A DNA stretch of 63,402 bases, filler included, from Reticulomyxa filosa (taxonomy: Eukaryota; Protista; Foraminifera), in NCBI GenBank assembly GCA_000512085.1. It is 25 parts of 25 records of this genome, joined end to end, with 100 filler letters (N's around TTAATTAATTAA, not from the genome) between each part and the next. Parts side by side here need not be neighbours in the genome. Positions count along the whole stretch, not along the records: positions 62,335 to 63,402 come from ASPP01033506.1; 24 more parts are not named here. One strand, given 5' to 3'. Below are positions 63,371 to 63,402 of the stretch, piece after piece (position 1 is the stretch's first letter; every line of letters starts with the position of its first letter). The notes below the pieces were generated by a model. It did no database searches, had not been told where the DNA came from, and saw only the letters and a list, made by a program, of their open reading frames with translations. A program made the position numbers and the translations under genes.

Positions 63371-63402
<32 letters not shown>
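62880..63402 (+). rRNA. rrs: Bacterial 16S rRNA, 5' part (Alphaproteobacteria, Reyranella-like)
   Basis: AGAGTTTGATCCTGGCTCAG (27F site), ACTCCTACGGGAGGCAGCAG and GTGCCAGCAGCCGCGGTAA. Short alphaproteobacterial V1 and V3 helices. Confidence 0.98.

Overview
This window is not one continuous locus. It is 25 short contigs joined by 24 identical artificial 100-nt linkers (N44-TTAATTAATTAA-N44, stops in all six frames), so adjacency across linkers has no biological meaning. Contigs 1-24 are AT-rich, intron-rich eukaryotic DNA with microsatellite-filled introns and expanded WD40, Kelch and TRAF families. The style strongly resembles the foraminiferan Reticulomyxa filosa (recognition from memory, not verified). 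Recognisable genes, mostly partial: a multi-LOTUS/RRM RNA-binding protein, a MOB-domain protein with a C-terminal extension, a PD-(D/E)xK nuclease-fold protein, NUP210, POLD2, TRAF-WD40, Kelch-TPR, a CYP86-clan P450, a mitochondrial carrier, a HAD-IG 5'-nucleotidase, a BIG-type Sec7 ARF-GEF, a GNAT, XRN1, RFT1 and ISCA1. There are also pseudogenes (WD40, Kelch, M1 aminopeptidase, TPP II), RNase H-type LINE relics and several uncharacterised dispersed repeats. The last contig is GC-rich alphaproteobacterial DNA (rRNA promoter plus 5' part of 16S, Reyranella-like). No prokaryote-style operon system is present. The best leads are a phase-0 exon module (W-x-R...LGWIxDFDK) shared by WD40 and Kelch genes, the LOTUS-RRM repeat protein, the nuclease-fold gene, a tandem-repeat-bearing non-autonomous element and a candidate structured RNA.
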